Origin: a virus
Taxonomy: Duplodnaviria > Caudoviricetes
DNA length: 59,633 nt
IMG/VR virus record: IMGVR_UViG_3300003969_000012
Location: 1-59,633 of that record
Reading direction: 5' to 3' (one strand)
Of this stretch, positions 38,198-45,419 are shown piece after piece; position 1 is the first letter of the stretch; every line of letters starts with the position of its first letter. The notes under the pieces were generated by a model. It did no database searches, was not told where the DNA came from, and saw only the letters and a program-made list of their open reading frames with translations. The position numbers and the translations under genes were made by a program.

Positions 38198-39153
38198 GCT
38201 GGCACTCCACGGTTTTCGTAGTTGCCCTGCACCACTTTCATGAAGTTTTCGCGCTTCATGAGCCAGGCGAGATCAAACTTTCCACGACCAGCACGACCTG
38301 TCAGAAAGTCGGACTCTTCAACCTTCTCAAAAAACAGGCCGAACCATTCGATTGCCTCAGCAGCAGAGGTGGCATAGCGCTCACCGTTCTCGCGGACGGT
38401 CTCCGGCGAAAGCAGCCACTTCCAGCGCTGGCGCATGGCCTCTGCGCCTTGGCTTTCCTTCCACAACTCAATGCGGGGTTTTGGCAGTGACGTGCAGCGG
38501 GCGACGAAAAGGGCAACCAACTGCTGGACAGGGCATGGCGGACACGACGGCTGCGGAGCTGCCGGCAAAGACCCGTTAGGGTCTGGTATTCCTGATAGTT
38601 GTCCCTGTCCCTTTCCCTGTCCCTTTCCCTTAAGAGCGTTTAACGCCGGAATTCCAATTGATTCCGACGGAAATTCCGTCGGCTTTCCGGCGGAAATCCA
38701 CTGCTGTATCGGTGGAATATCAATAAGCTTCTCTCCGCGTTCCGCACGCGCTTTGTTTGCTTTTCGAGTCCTGTCCGCCAACCTTTCGTAGGCATGTTGA
38801 AGCTTGCCTTGCCAAGCCTCATTAGCCTTTTCTGCAACAACAGGGTGATACCAGCGGCCATCAGAACAGAGCACCCAGCCACGCAGAGCCCCGTCGCGTT
38901 CTTTCAACCATTCCTTCACCACGCGGCCATAACCAGCCAAGTTGGCCAGGACGCGATCATCATTTGGTAGGCTTGCAGCCGGCAGCTGGTGCCAGCTTGC
39001 GCACCACAACATTACGGCTGCGCGAAACGACTCGGCCGATTCGGTAGCCGCCAGATCAGAGTCGCGCAGCCGGACAACGTCTAGTGGCATGAATGCAAAG
39101 TCCCGCAGATCGCAATCTTCAGGTGTCATCGGGCTGGGTGTTGTTGTGTTCAC
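38194..39153 (-). CDS. Phage replication initiator (DUF1376/YdaU-like N-terminus)
   Basis: FMPLDV.RL.DS..LWCASWHQ.PA.SLP.DD..LA; C-terminal FDLAWLMK.ENF.KVVQGNY; directly upstream of dnaB. Confidence 0.8.
   Translation of the reverse strand: MNTTTPSPMTPEDCDLRDFAFMPLDVVRLRDSDLAATESAESFRAAVMLWCASWHQLPAASLPNDDRVLANLAGYGRVVKEWLKERDGALRGWVLCSDGRWYHPVVAEKANEAWQGKLQHAYERLADRTRKANKARAERGEKLIDIPPIQQWISAGKPTEFPSESIGIPALNALKGKGQGKGQGQLSGIPDPNGSLPAAPQPSCPPCPVQQLVALFVARCTSLPKPRIELWKESQGAEAMRQRWKWLLSPETVRENGERYATSAAEAIEWFGLFFEKVEESDFLTGRAGRGKFDLAWLMKRENFMKVVQGNYENRGVPA
38601..38720. repeat. Putative replication origin (iterons) inside the initiator gene
   Basis: Five (G/T)TCCCT hexamers at 38601-38630; perfect inverted repeat CCGACGGAA-A-TTCCGTCGG at 38664-38682; several CGGAA(A)TTCC-like copies. 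Confidence 0.6.
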
Positions 39154-39725
39154 AGATCGCCCAACCCTTCACGCATCGCACGCGCATAACTTTCTGGCGC
39201 CGGCTTGCCCGAGTTTTTATCCAATGCGTCAGAGAACCGCTTGATCTCTTCATGCACTACCCAACGCGGCGCCTTACGAAGGGCTGAGAGCAGTGCGAAC
39301 GTGTATTCCAGGTCTAAGTGACGTTCCAATTCACTGGCGACCTCACCAATGGCATAGATATATGGGCCATCCTCAAAGACTTGTGAGAAATCCAAGCTCC
39401 GTTTGCCATTGGCCCAGCCGGCCAGGAGGAGGCGTGCGCTGTCAATGGAGCCCGGTCCGTCTACTGGCAACTTGGCAGTGACGTCGCGCAGCAAACCTTG
39501 TTCCAAGTGCATGGTGTCGTGGCACTCTTCGCACAGAGTCACCAGTTCATCGTTGGGGTATTCCCACGCCATCCGACCTTTGGCGTACTGTTTGTGGTGC
39601 ACGTGAAGAGTTGATTCCTTGTCGCAGCAAAGCTGACAAGAGAAATCATCACGCTGCAAAATTTCCAAGCGCTTGCGCTGCCAGTTAGGGTGCAGCAGTT
39701 GTTCTTTGTAAGTCATCGTCGCCAT
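39150..39725 (-). CDS. HNH endonuclease
   Basis: Start MATMTYKEQL with GGAG; WQRKRLEILQRDDFSCQLC....LHVHH..Y..L.TLCEECH. Confidence 0.8.
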   Translation of the reverse strand: MATMTYKEQLLHPNWQRKRLEILQRDDFSCQLCCDKESTLHVHHKQYAKGRMAWEYPNDELVTLCEECHDTMHLEQGLLRDVTAKLPVDGPGSIDSARLLLAGWANGKRSLDFSQVFEDGPYIYAIGEVASELERHLDLEYTFALLSALRKAPRWVVHEEIKRFSDALDKNSGKPAPESYARAMREGLGDL

Positions 39726-39814
39726 ATGCATCTCCGATATGCCCGGCAAAAAGGACATCGGCAGAGCGGGCCGGAAGACCGCCTTTTCGGTAGCGAACCT
39801 AGCCGCGCCTGAAA

Positions 39815-40060
39815 TCAATTTGTTGCTCCAAGAAGTTCAGAGCGATCCACTTCTCCGGCAGCAGCGAAGTAGCACTCACCTTGGGATGTTTCAGCGGCAA
39901 TACGAAGCTGCCGACGTGCCACAGTTGCTTTGTTCATGGCGCGCATGTGGTCACGTGCTGCAGCTCGCTTGCCACGGGACATTGCCAGTTCGAGACGTTT
40001 GCCAGCGAGCTGGGCCTTCAAGTCCAGAATCTGGTCGATGATTTGGTGTTCGGGCTTCAT
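39815..40060 (-). CDS. Hypothetical protein
   Basis: 81 aa, coupled to the methyltransferase stop. Confidence 0.55.
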   Translation of the reverse strand: MKPEHQIIDQILDLKAQLAGKRLELAMSRGKRAAARDHMRAMNKATVARRQLRIAAETSQGECYFAAAGEVDRSELLGATN

Positions 40061-41688
40061 ACAGCACCCCGCGTAGCTTTGAGGATGACTACTGACACAC
40101 TGGTGCCGGCAAACTCGTTGTCATAGGGGCCGTGCCATTCAATGGCCAGCCCGGGTAACGTGAAGCTGTTGCGAGCGTTGGCGGGCAAGATGGCCACCAG
40201 AACGCCCTGGTCGCGCAGCATGGAAGCGGCATGCTGTGTATGAGCCTGCCACCGGCCTTCGGAGAACGGTGGATTCATCACGATGCGATTGAAGGCCCCA
40301 GCCTTCCAGTTCAAGAAGTCTGCTTGCTGGGTGCTATAGCCCTTTGACTCCAGCACCTTGCAATGCAGAGCGCTGATTTCCACGCATTCGGTGCGCTCTT
40401 TGGGTAGCAAGTCGGCCAAGCCCCCAACACCAGCGCTAGGCTCCAGCACGGTGTGACCTTCCTCAATGGCAGCCAAGTCCACGGCAATACGGGCCAGCGA
40501 TTCAGGTGTGGGGTAAAACTGGTGGGCCTTCTGGTCTGGAATGCAGCCGCTGGCCACAATCTCGTCAAGCACTTCGCGTGGGTGGTAGTCGAAGGCAAAG
40601 TGCCATCCATTAGCGCAAACAGTGGCGCCGATTGCCTTCAGAACCTTGATGGCCTCAGCTGCTACCGGTGAATCCTTGGCAGTAGACAAATTGTCGAAGC
40701 GGTAGGTGTTCTCCAGTGTCCGATAACGCTCTGGCCAGTCTGGCTTTACTCGCTCCGTGGCAGGGCGCATGCTCCCCAGCAAAGCCAACACCGGGAAAGG
40801 TAGTGGCCTGGCCATCATCACAAAGTCCTTGAACTTGCGCTTCGGCTTTTGCCGGAACTGTGCGGGGATAGCCAGCGGATACAGGTTTGCCAGAATGCTG
40901 TTGAGGCGCCACGCCATGTCTGGGTGGACTTCCATGTGCGCCGTACCCTTCTTGTAGAGCCGGATCTTCATGGCGCCGCCATCGATAGAGACCCATTGGC
41001 CCCAGCGACGTTTCAAGATTGGAATGAGGTCCGAGGTGGCATGCCAGCCAGGCTCTTTACGGCCCATGAACTTGGCCACCACACAGCGCAGATCGTTGAT
41101 AAGGCCGCAGGTGCTGCTGTCCGTGGTGTCATAGGCTGACAGCACACGGGCGATGATCATGCGCTTGCCAAAGCCCTCTGGCGCATTGGTGACGTGCTCA
41201 CCACTCAAGCCACGGAAGATTCCGTCCACACGCTCGGCTAGAAACTGTGAGCGCATGTTCAGCAATTCCACAATGGTTGGGCGCACAGCCTCTTCGGTGT
41301 AGTCCGGTGCGGTCTGCTCCCGAATAGTCTTGTTCCATTCGTCGCGGCGCTTCTGTGGCATCAGGTCCAGAACGTCGGTCAGAGCCAGAGTCTTAGACCA
41401 GTACGCTGAGTTCAAGCATGCGACTGCGCCTTTGACATCAAACAAATAGCGGGCGGCGACGGTGTACCGGCCATTGCCGTGTGGGTCTTTATTGCCATCT
41501 AGGAAGTACTCCAGAGCCGCCATGTTTTCACCGGAAACATGCTCAGACAGTGCTTCAATGCGGGCGCGCATTGCCTTGTACTGGCCCAGCAGCTCATTGA
41601 AGATGTCGCTTGAAACAGGGGCGAAGAACTGGGCTGACTCGTCCACCAGTTCAACGGCAGCTTGCTCCATCATGTGCGCGCCGCTCAT
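40057..41688 (-). CDS. DUF4942-type N6-adenine DNA methyltransferase
   Basis: QFYPTP, VLEPSAGVG (motif I), IVMNPPF (motif IV); N-terminal LSGEHVTN.P.GFGKRMI region. Confidence 0.85.
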   Translation of the reverse strand: MSGAHMMEQAAVELVDESAQFFAPVSSDIFNELLGQYKAMRARIEALSEHVSGENMAALEYFLDGNKDPHGNGRYTVAARYLFDVKGAVACLNSAYWSKTLALTDVLDLMPQKRRDEWNKTIREQTAPDYTEEAVRPTIVELLNMRSQFLAERVDGIFRGLSGEHVTNAPEGFGKRMIIARVLSAYDTTDSSTCGLINDLRCVVAKFMGRKEPGWHATSDLIPILKRRWGQWVSIDGGAMKIRLYKKGTAHMEVHPDMAWRLNSILANLYPLAIPAQFRQKPKRKFKDFVMMARPLPFPVLALLGSMRPATERVKPDWPERYRTLENTYRFDNLSTAKDSPVAAEAIKVLKAIGATVCANGWHFAFDYHPREVLDEIVASGCIPDQKAHQFYPTPESLARIAVDLAAIEEGHTVLEPSAGVGGLADLLPKERTECVEISALHCKVLESKGYSTQQADFLNWKAGAFNRIVMNPPFSEGRWQAHTQHAASMLRDQGVLVAILPANARNSFTLPGLAIEWHGPYDNEFAGTSVSVVILKATRGAV

Positions 41689-41888
41689 TGCGACCTCGCC
41701 TCATTGCGTCGACCAATGATCTTGAGAGTCTTGTCGCGGTCGGCCCGATTCGAGATTGCAATATTGCTCGGGGCGTTCTTGCGCAGGATTTCCTCTTCGG
41801 TCTTGGGGCGTGCGCGCTTGATGTCGCGGTGGCCAGCAATAGCCGACGCCTGACCAGCCCAGTTGAAAGGATTTGTCTTGGCGCTCAT
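41685..41888 (-). CDS. Small hypothetical protein
   Basis: 67 aa, ATGA-coupled on both sides. Confidence 0.55.
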   Translation of the reverse strand: MSAKTNPFNWAGQASAIAGHRDIKRARPKTEEEILRKNAPSNIAISNRADRDKTLKIIGRRNEARSQ

Positions 41889-42181
41889 GGCTTGGCCCCC
41901 TTCTGGTCCAGAGCTGGCCCTGTCCCAAACAACGCCTCACGCTTACTCTTCGCTGCATCCATCTGAATGTCAGTGAAAGTCTTCCCATGAACCACCTGGT
42001 AAATCCAGTCACGCAGCGCCCCGGAGGTATCCGTTCCCGCTTCACGTGTTTTGCGACGGAATTTCTCAGCTGTTTCGAGATCGACGTGCGTCTTCAGACA
42101 TTCGTCAAGCAAGCCCATGGGACTGGCACCAGCCCGTGCCATGAAGGCATCGTCATCAAAGTCTGTTTGTTCGGTGGTCAT
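41885..42181 (-). CDS. CII-position regulator (ribbon-helix-helix-like)
   Basis: LKTHV.......F...REAG...SGALRDWI; position downstream of cro. Confidence 0.5.
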   Translation of the reverse strand: MTTEQTDFDDDAFMARAGASPMGLLDECLKTHVDLETAEKFRRKTREAGTDTSGALRDWIYQVVHGKTFTDIQMDAAKSKREALFGTGPALDQKGAKP

Positions 42182-42229
42182 GTTGTCTTGGTAGTTTTTG
42201 TTGGGAGGGTTGCCCGCGTGGGCGGGCGG

Positions 42230-42409
42230 TCAGGCTGGACTCAGCTCTGCTTGGCGATAGCTGTAGTACGTTTGGAACCAGAGGTGATTCGCTGTTCCGA
42301 ACTCGTAGGGATTGGCGGTTTCATGAGGCTCCCCACGGTCGGCAGCGGCGTGGGCCAGCTCCCTGATTTCGTGAGGGGTCAAGTTGTCAAGGCGCTTGAT
42401 GGCGTGCAT
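42230..42409 (-). CDS. 59-aa small protein (MHAIKRLDNLTPHEIRELAHAAADRGEPHETANPYEFGT..)
   Basis: Translated by hand; ATG immediately after the cro stop; NPY..W motif like Rmf/CrpP-type small phage proteins. Confidence 0.55.
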   Translation of the reverse strand: MHAIKRLDNLTPHEIRELAHAAADRGEPHETANPYEFGTANHLWFQTYYSYRQAELSPA

Positions 42410-42709
42410 TCAGGCCTCGCTTGCTACAGTTTCAGTAGCTGGCTGCGCAGTGGTGGCGGTTCCTTGAGGAACTTCAGGAGCGCCTTCCTTGCCGATGAGT
42501 TCTGGCCAATGGCGAAACCAGTCTTCGCGCAAAGTCCAACGGCGAACCTGATAGCTAGATTCGCGCTCAATCAAGACAGCCAAGTCAGTAGCACACGGCT
42601 TGATGCCGTACATGACGTTCTGAAGGTGTCCCTTGCTAGTCTCACAACGAGCAGCAAACAACTCACGCTCCGACTTGCTCAGCGGGGTAATAAAGGTTTT
42701 AAGGTCCAT
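42410..42709 (-). CDS. cro: Cro-like HTH regulator (YdaS-like)
   Basis: FAARCETSKGHLQNVMYG.KPC...LAVLIERES...V....LR.DW...WPEL; divergent from cI. Confidence 0.85.
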   Translation of the reverse strand: MDLKTFITPLSKSERELFAARCETSKGHLQNVMYGIKPCATDLAVLIERESSYQVRRWTLREDWFRHWPELIGKEGAPEVPQGTATTAQPATETVASEA

Positions 42710-42712
42710 GGC

Positions 42713-42773
42713 GCATTAAACCAGATGGTTTAATGCAAGTCAACACCATACGGTTTTGATCGTTTGGTTTACT
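42713..42773. promoter_or_regulatory. OR operator region with pR (minus) and pRM (plus)
   Basis: Perfect inverted repeat GCATTAAACCA-GA-TGGTTTAATGC (42713-42736); second site ACACCATACGGTTT; pR TTGACT-17-TTTAAT (42743-42715); pRM -10 candidate TTTACT at 42768-42773. Confidence 0.8.
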
Positions 42774-42779
42774 GCGAAC

Positions 42780-43175
42780 ATGAGCGACGAAGCACTTATT
42801 CGAAGAACAAATCTCAAGGCACTTGGACTCTCGCCTGGAGAGCTAGTTACCCGGATCGGAAAGAGCTATCAATACTGGCGTGACTTAATGGAAACCGAAA
42901 AGTCGTTCGGAGAGAAGGCGGCCAGAAACATAGAAGAGAAGTTAGGGCTTCAAAGAGGGCAGCTGGATCAAGCTGTGCCTTTTAAATCTGACGAGTCGAT
43001 CGACCCCGCGCCACAAGAGGATGGAGAGTCAGCATCTAAATGGCCATTTCAGCTGGTTGATCAAGACCTCTACCTAACTCTCAGCGAGCCAGAACGCTAT
43101 CAAGTGCAGACTCACATGCAAGATGAGATCAAGGCCATTCTTGCTAGTCGCCGACTAAACGGCACGTCCAGCTAA
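42780..43175 (+). CDS. cI: CI-like repressor (N-terminal HTH, no S24 peptidase domain)
   Basis: IRRTNLKAL..SPGELVTRIGKSYQYWRDL....KSFGEKAARNIEEKLGL.RG.LD; divergent from cro; ATG at 42780. Confidence 0.8.
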   Translation: MSDEALIRRTNLKALGLSPGELVTRIGKSYQYWRDLMETEKSFGEKAARNIEEKLGLQRGQLDQAVPFKSDESIDPAPQEDGESASKWPFQLVDQDLYLTLSEPERYQVQTHMQDEIKAILASRRLNGTSS

Positions 43176-43315
43176 CCCTGCCGTTCAAAATTTATCTTGC
43201 ACACAGCAGTGAATCGCCTGAAATTGTCCAATCAAAAACAATTAGAGCTAATTTCTTGAGGATTGTTAAATAGCCTTGGTTTGGGAATATTCCCTACAAA
43301 CACCTCGGTGCTTTC

Positions 43316-43579
43316 ATGAAAAACTTAATTCTTGTCGCAGCTCTTGCAGCTGTAGCGGCTAGCGGAGCTATTGCCGGTACGCATTCGGTAAGAGGCTATT
43401 TCAAAAAAGATGGAACGTATGTCGCTCCGCACATAGCGACCAATCCAAACTCCACCAAAACTGACAACTACAGCTCTCAGGGCAACATCAACCCTTACAA
43501 CGGCAAAGAGGGAAAAGTTGACCCTTACGCGCCCAAGATATGTAGCACTGACACGAATGGCAGCTATGTCTGCCGATGA
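43316..43579 (+). CDS. Small secreted protein (VRGYFKKDGTYVAPH family)
   Basis: Signal peptide MKNLILVAALAAVAASGAIA; VRGY.KKDGTYV.PH...NPN....DNYS..GN.NPY.GK.G. Confidence 0.75.
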   Translation: MKNLILVAALAAVAASGAIAGTHSVRGYFKKDGTYVAPHIATNPNSTKTDNYSSQGNINPYNGKEGKVDPYAPKICSTDTNGSYVCR

Positions 43580-43659
43580 GATTCGATTTGTTTTCCTGCA
43601 ATCAATGTGTATTCAAGGTGCTATGGGAAGTTCCTGCTAAACAAAGGGATGATTTGTTT

Positions 43660-43926
43660 ATGAAGTTATCTCAAACCGCTATCACCAATCTGCTACTGAC
43701 ATTGATTGCGAGCTTGCTTTTTGTGATCGCATGGCAACTTAATGAACAAAGGCCGATTACGCGTAAAGCCTTGGAAGCCGCCATCGATGCAAAAGACGAA
43801 AAAGAAATTGAGGATTTGATGAAAAAAATAACTCTGGTTCGTATTGCCAACAATACATTGGATGTGAATGTTGAAAACAATGTTATCGACGTCGAGATAA
43901 GAAACTGGCATGAAATGGAGCGATGA
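43660..43926 (+). CDS. Single-TM membrane protein
   Basis: MKLSQTAITNLLLTLIASLLFVIAW; AT-rich DNA. Confidence 0.55.
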   Translation: MKLSQTAITNLLLTLIASLLFVIAWQLNEQRPITRKALEAAIDAKDEKEIEDLMKKITLVRIANNTLDVNVENNVIDVEIRNWHEMER

Positions 43927-43927
43927 C

Positions 43928-44263
43928 GTGCTTTTGCGCGCTCTGATCATTTGCGCCTCTGCACTGACAGTAGGCTGCTCTAAGTCTGACCACCCAACTG
44001 AATCAGATAGCAAGGCTAGACGTGCACAACGCGAGCAGGCCGTACAAGCCGCGATCAACGCTGGACCCCAAACCCGCAGCTGGCAGACTCCCGAGGGCAC
44101 TGTCATTGAATTGATCATTCCAAAGACAAGTGGGCGCTTGCTGGAATCACAGCGTTGCGTAGTTTGGCGCGATGCTGTCACCAACACTTCTGCACTGCAC
44201 TGTGACCGTGAAGAGATTGATCTGCGGCACCTCGAAAGCGATCCACCCGAAGTGGAACGTTGA
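43928..44263 (+). CDS. Lipoprotein
   Basis: GTG start after GGAG; lipobox LTVGC. Confidence 0.6.
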   Translation: MLLRALIICASALTVGCSKSDHPTESDSKARRAQREQAVQAAINAGPQTRSWQTPEGTVIELIIPKTSGRLLESQRCVVWRDAVTNTSALHCDREEIDLRHLESDPPEVER

Positions 44264-44327
44264 ATCCGCACACGACGGAAGACGTTGGACCGCACCCATG
44301 CGGAACGTGGGATACAAAGGAGTTCGT

Positions 44328-44450
44328 ATGAAAGTTCTATTTGCAGAGCTGTTGCTGGCAACGTCCAGCTTGGCTCTTTCTCACTCTGGCGGGACCGACT
44401 CCGATGGGTGTCATACCAACCACAAAACCGGAACTCGCCATTGCCATTGA
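44328..44450 (+). CDS. YHYH-like secreted His/Cys micro-protein
   Basis: AAGGAG RBS; MKVLFAELLLATSSLALS-HSGGTDSDGCHTNHKTGTRHCH. Confidence 0.7.
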   Translation: MKVLFAELLLATSSLALSHSGGTDSDGCHTNHKTGTRHCH

Positions 44451-44676
44451 TGTAAAGCCTTCGCATCCCCTGCCACATCCGTTGGTGGACGTAACCCACC
44501 AGTGCTTGCAAGCCGGTGGCAGGGGAAGCGCCGTGGAATTAGCTACTCCACGGATCGGCGGCCAAGTGACCGGTGCGGGCGCGACGCCAATCCGAATCAC
44601 GTAACCGCCAACAAACGCAAACCTAACGGCAAGCGTTTGGGCGCCCAACGCTTGCCCAACATGAGACGGAAGAATC

Positions 44677-44766
44677 ATGATCAAGCTAACGTTGGTGGTG
44701 AAGATCACCGGCAAGCAACTGGTGGAGCTGGCCAAGCTCCTAGCTGTGTTGCTGTTGCTGGTGTAG
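44677..44766 (+). CDS. 29-aa hydrophobic peptide (MIKLTLVVKITGKQLVELAKLLAVLLLLV), type I toxin-like
   Basis: Translated by hand; flanked by hairpins at about 44627-44657 and 44784-44808. Confidence 0.45.
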   Translation: MIKLTLVVKITGKQLVELAKLLAVLLLLV

Positions 44767-44894
44767 CGCTTCACCTTTCTATGGCGGGTCGGGACTGTCC
44801 CGGCCCGCTCATAGTTCTTTCATTCTTTCCTTTGCCCCCGAGAGGGCTTCTAGTTTCATCTGCGTCCCCCGTCCAACTCACCAAGATGAATTCC

Positions 44895-45092
44895 CTACAG
44901 GCTTCGTAGGCGAGCCTCAAGCTCGGTCAGAGGTCTTGTCCTTGCAGTGAGTTTCCCGCCTAAGCCGGTTCCGGCCGGCGGATACTCCACCAACTCTTCG
45001 ACGTGGTCGTCACGAATTATGGTTGTCACCATTACCCCATTGGGCCATTTACTTTCAATCACGATTTCCTGATCACTAGCTTCTTTTGACAT
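44895..45092 (-). CDS. Small hypothetical protein, antisense to the cargo island
   Basis: 65-aa ORF; extended -10 TGCTACAAT on minus strand at 45149-45141. Confidence 0.4.
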   Translation of the reverse strand: MSKEASDQEIVIESKWPNGVMVTTIIRDDHVEELVEYPPAGTGLGGKLTARTRPLTELEARLRSL

Positions 45093-45103
45093 GACATCAT
45101 TTC

Positions 45104-45125
45104 GCCACCTTCGGGTGGCTTTTTT
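45104..45125 (+). terminator. Terminator closing the cI/cargo transcript
   Basis: GCCACC-TTCG-GGTGGC-TTTTTT. Confidence 0.85.
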
Positions 45126-45153
45126 ACGTCTGGTGAAAAGATTGTAGCAAACT

Positions 45154-45195
45154 AAACCATTTGGTGTTGACTAAATAGAAACCATCTGGTTTAAT
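45154..45195 (+). promoter_or_regulatory. OL operators and pL promoter
   Basis: AAACCATTTGGTGT (45154-45167) and AAACCATCTGGTTT (45179-45192) match the OR core; TTGACT (45167)-17-TTTAAT (45190), the same hexamers as pR. Confidence 0.85.
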
Positions 45196-45295
45196 TCCCC
45201 CAAGTCGCAAACAAACAGCCGGGAACCGAGGGGAAGCGATACGAACCCCGAACCCACCAGGATGCAGAGGGAAGGCACCGGCTGTTTGTGAGTGG

Positions 45296-45419
45296 CTTGG
45301 AGAGAGCAGATAGGTGGTGAATGCGCAGTGCTGATGCGCAGTTGTGGCAATGTCACTGCAAGCAAACGAACGCCAAGCCGGGGATCAGCGCCGGCCATCA
45401 CCTACCTGCCCTCTCCAAG
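45296..45419 (+). ncRNA. tRNA-shaped structured RNA with complementary D-like and T-like loops, in the pL leader
   Basis: 7-bp GGTGGTG/CATCACC stem; GCGC/GCGC arm with loop AGTGCTGAT; GCCGG/CCGGC arm with loop GGATCAGCG; long outer stem CTTGGAGAG/CTCTCCAAG. Confidence 0.55.

Noticed and set aside
41873-42733. 286-aa plus-strand ORF spanning cro and the cII-like gene
   Set aside because: Antisense to three coherent minus-strand genes; no motif support
45313-45406. Canonical tRNA gene
   Set aside because: No TTCGA T-loop, no 7-nt anticodon loop, no CCA; kept only as a tRNA-like element
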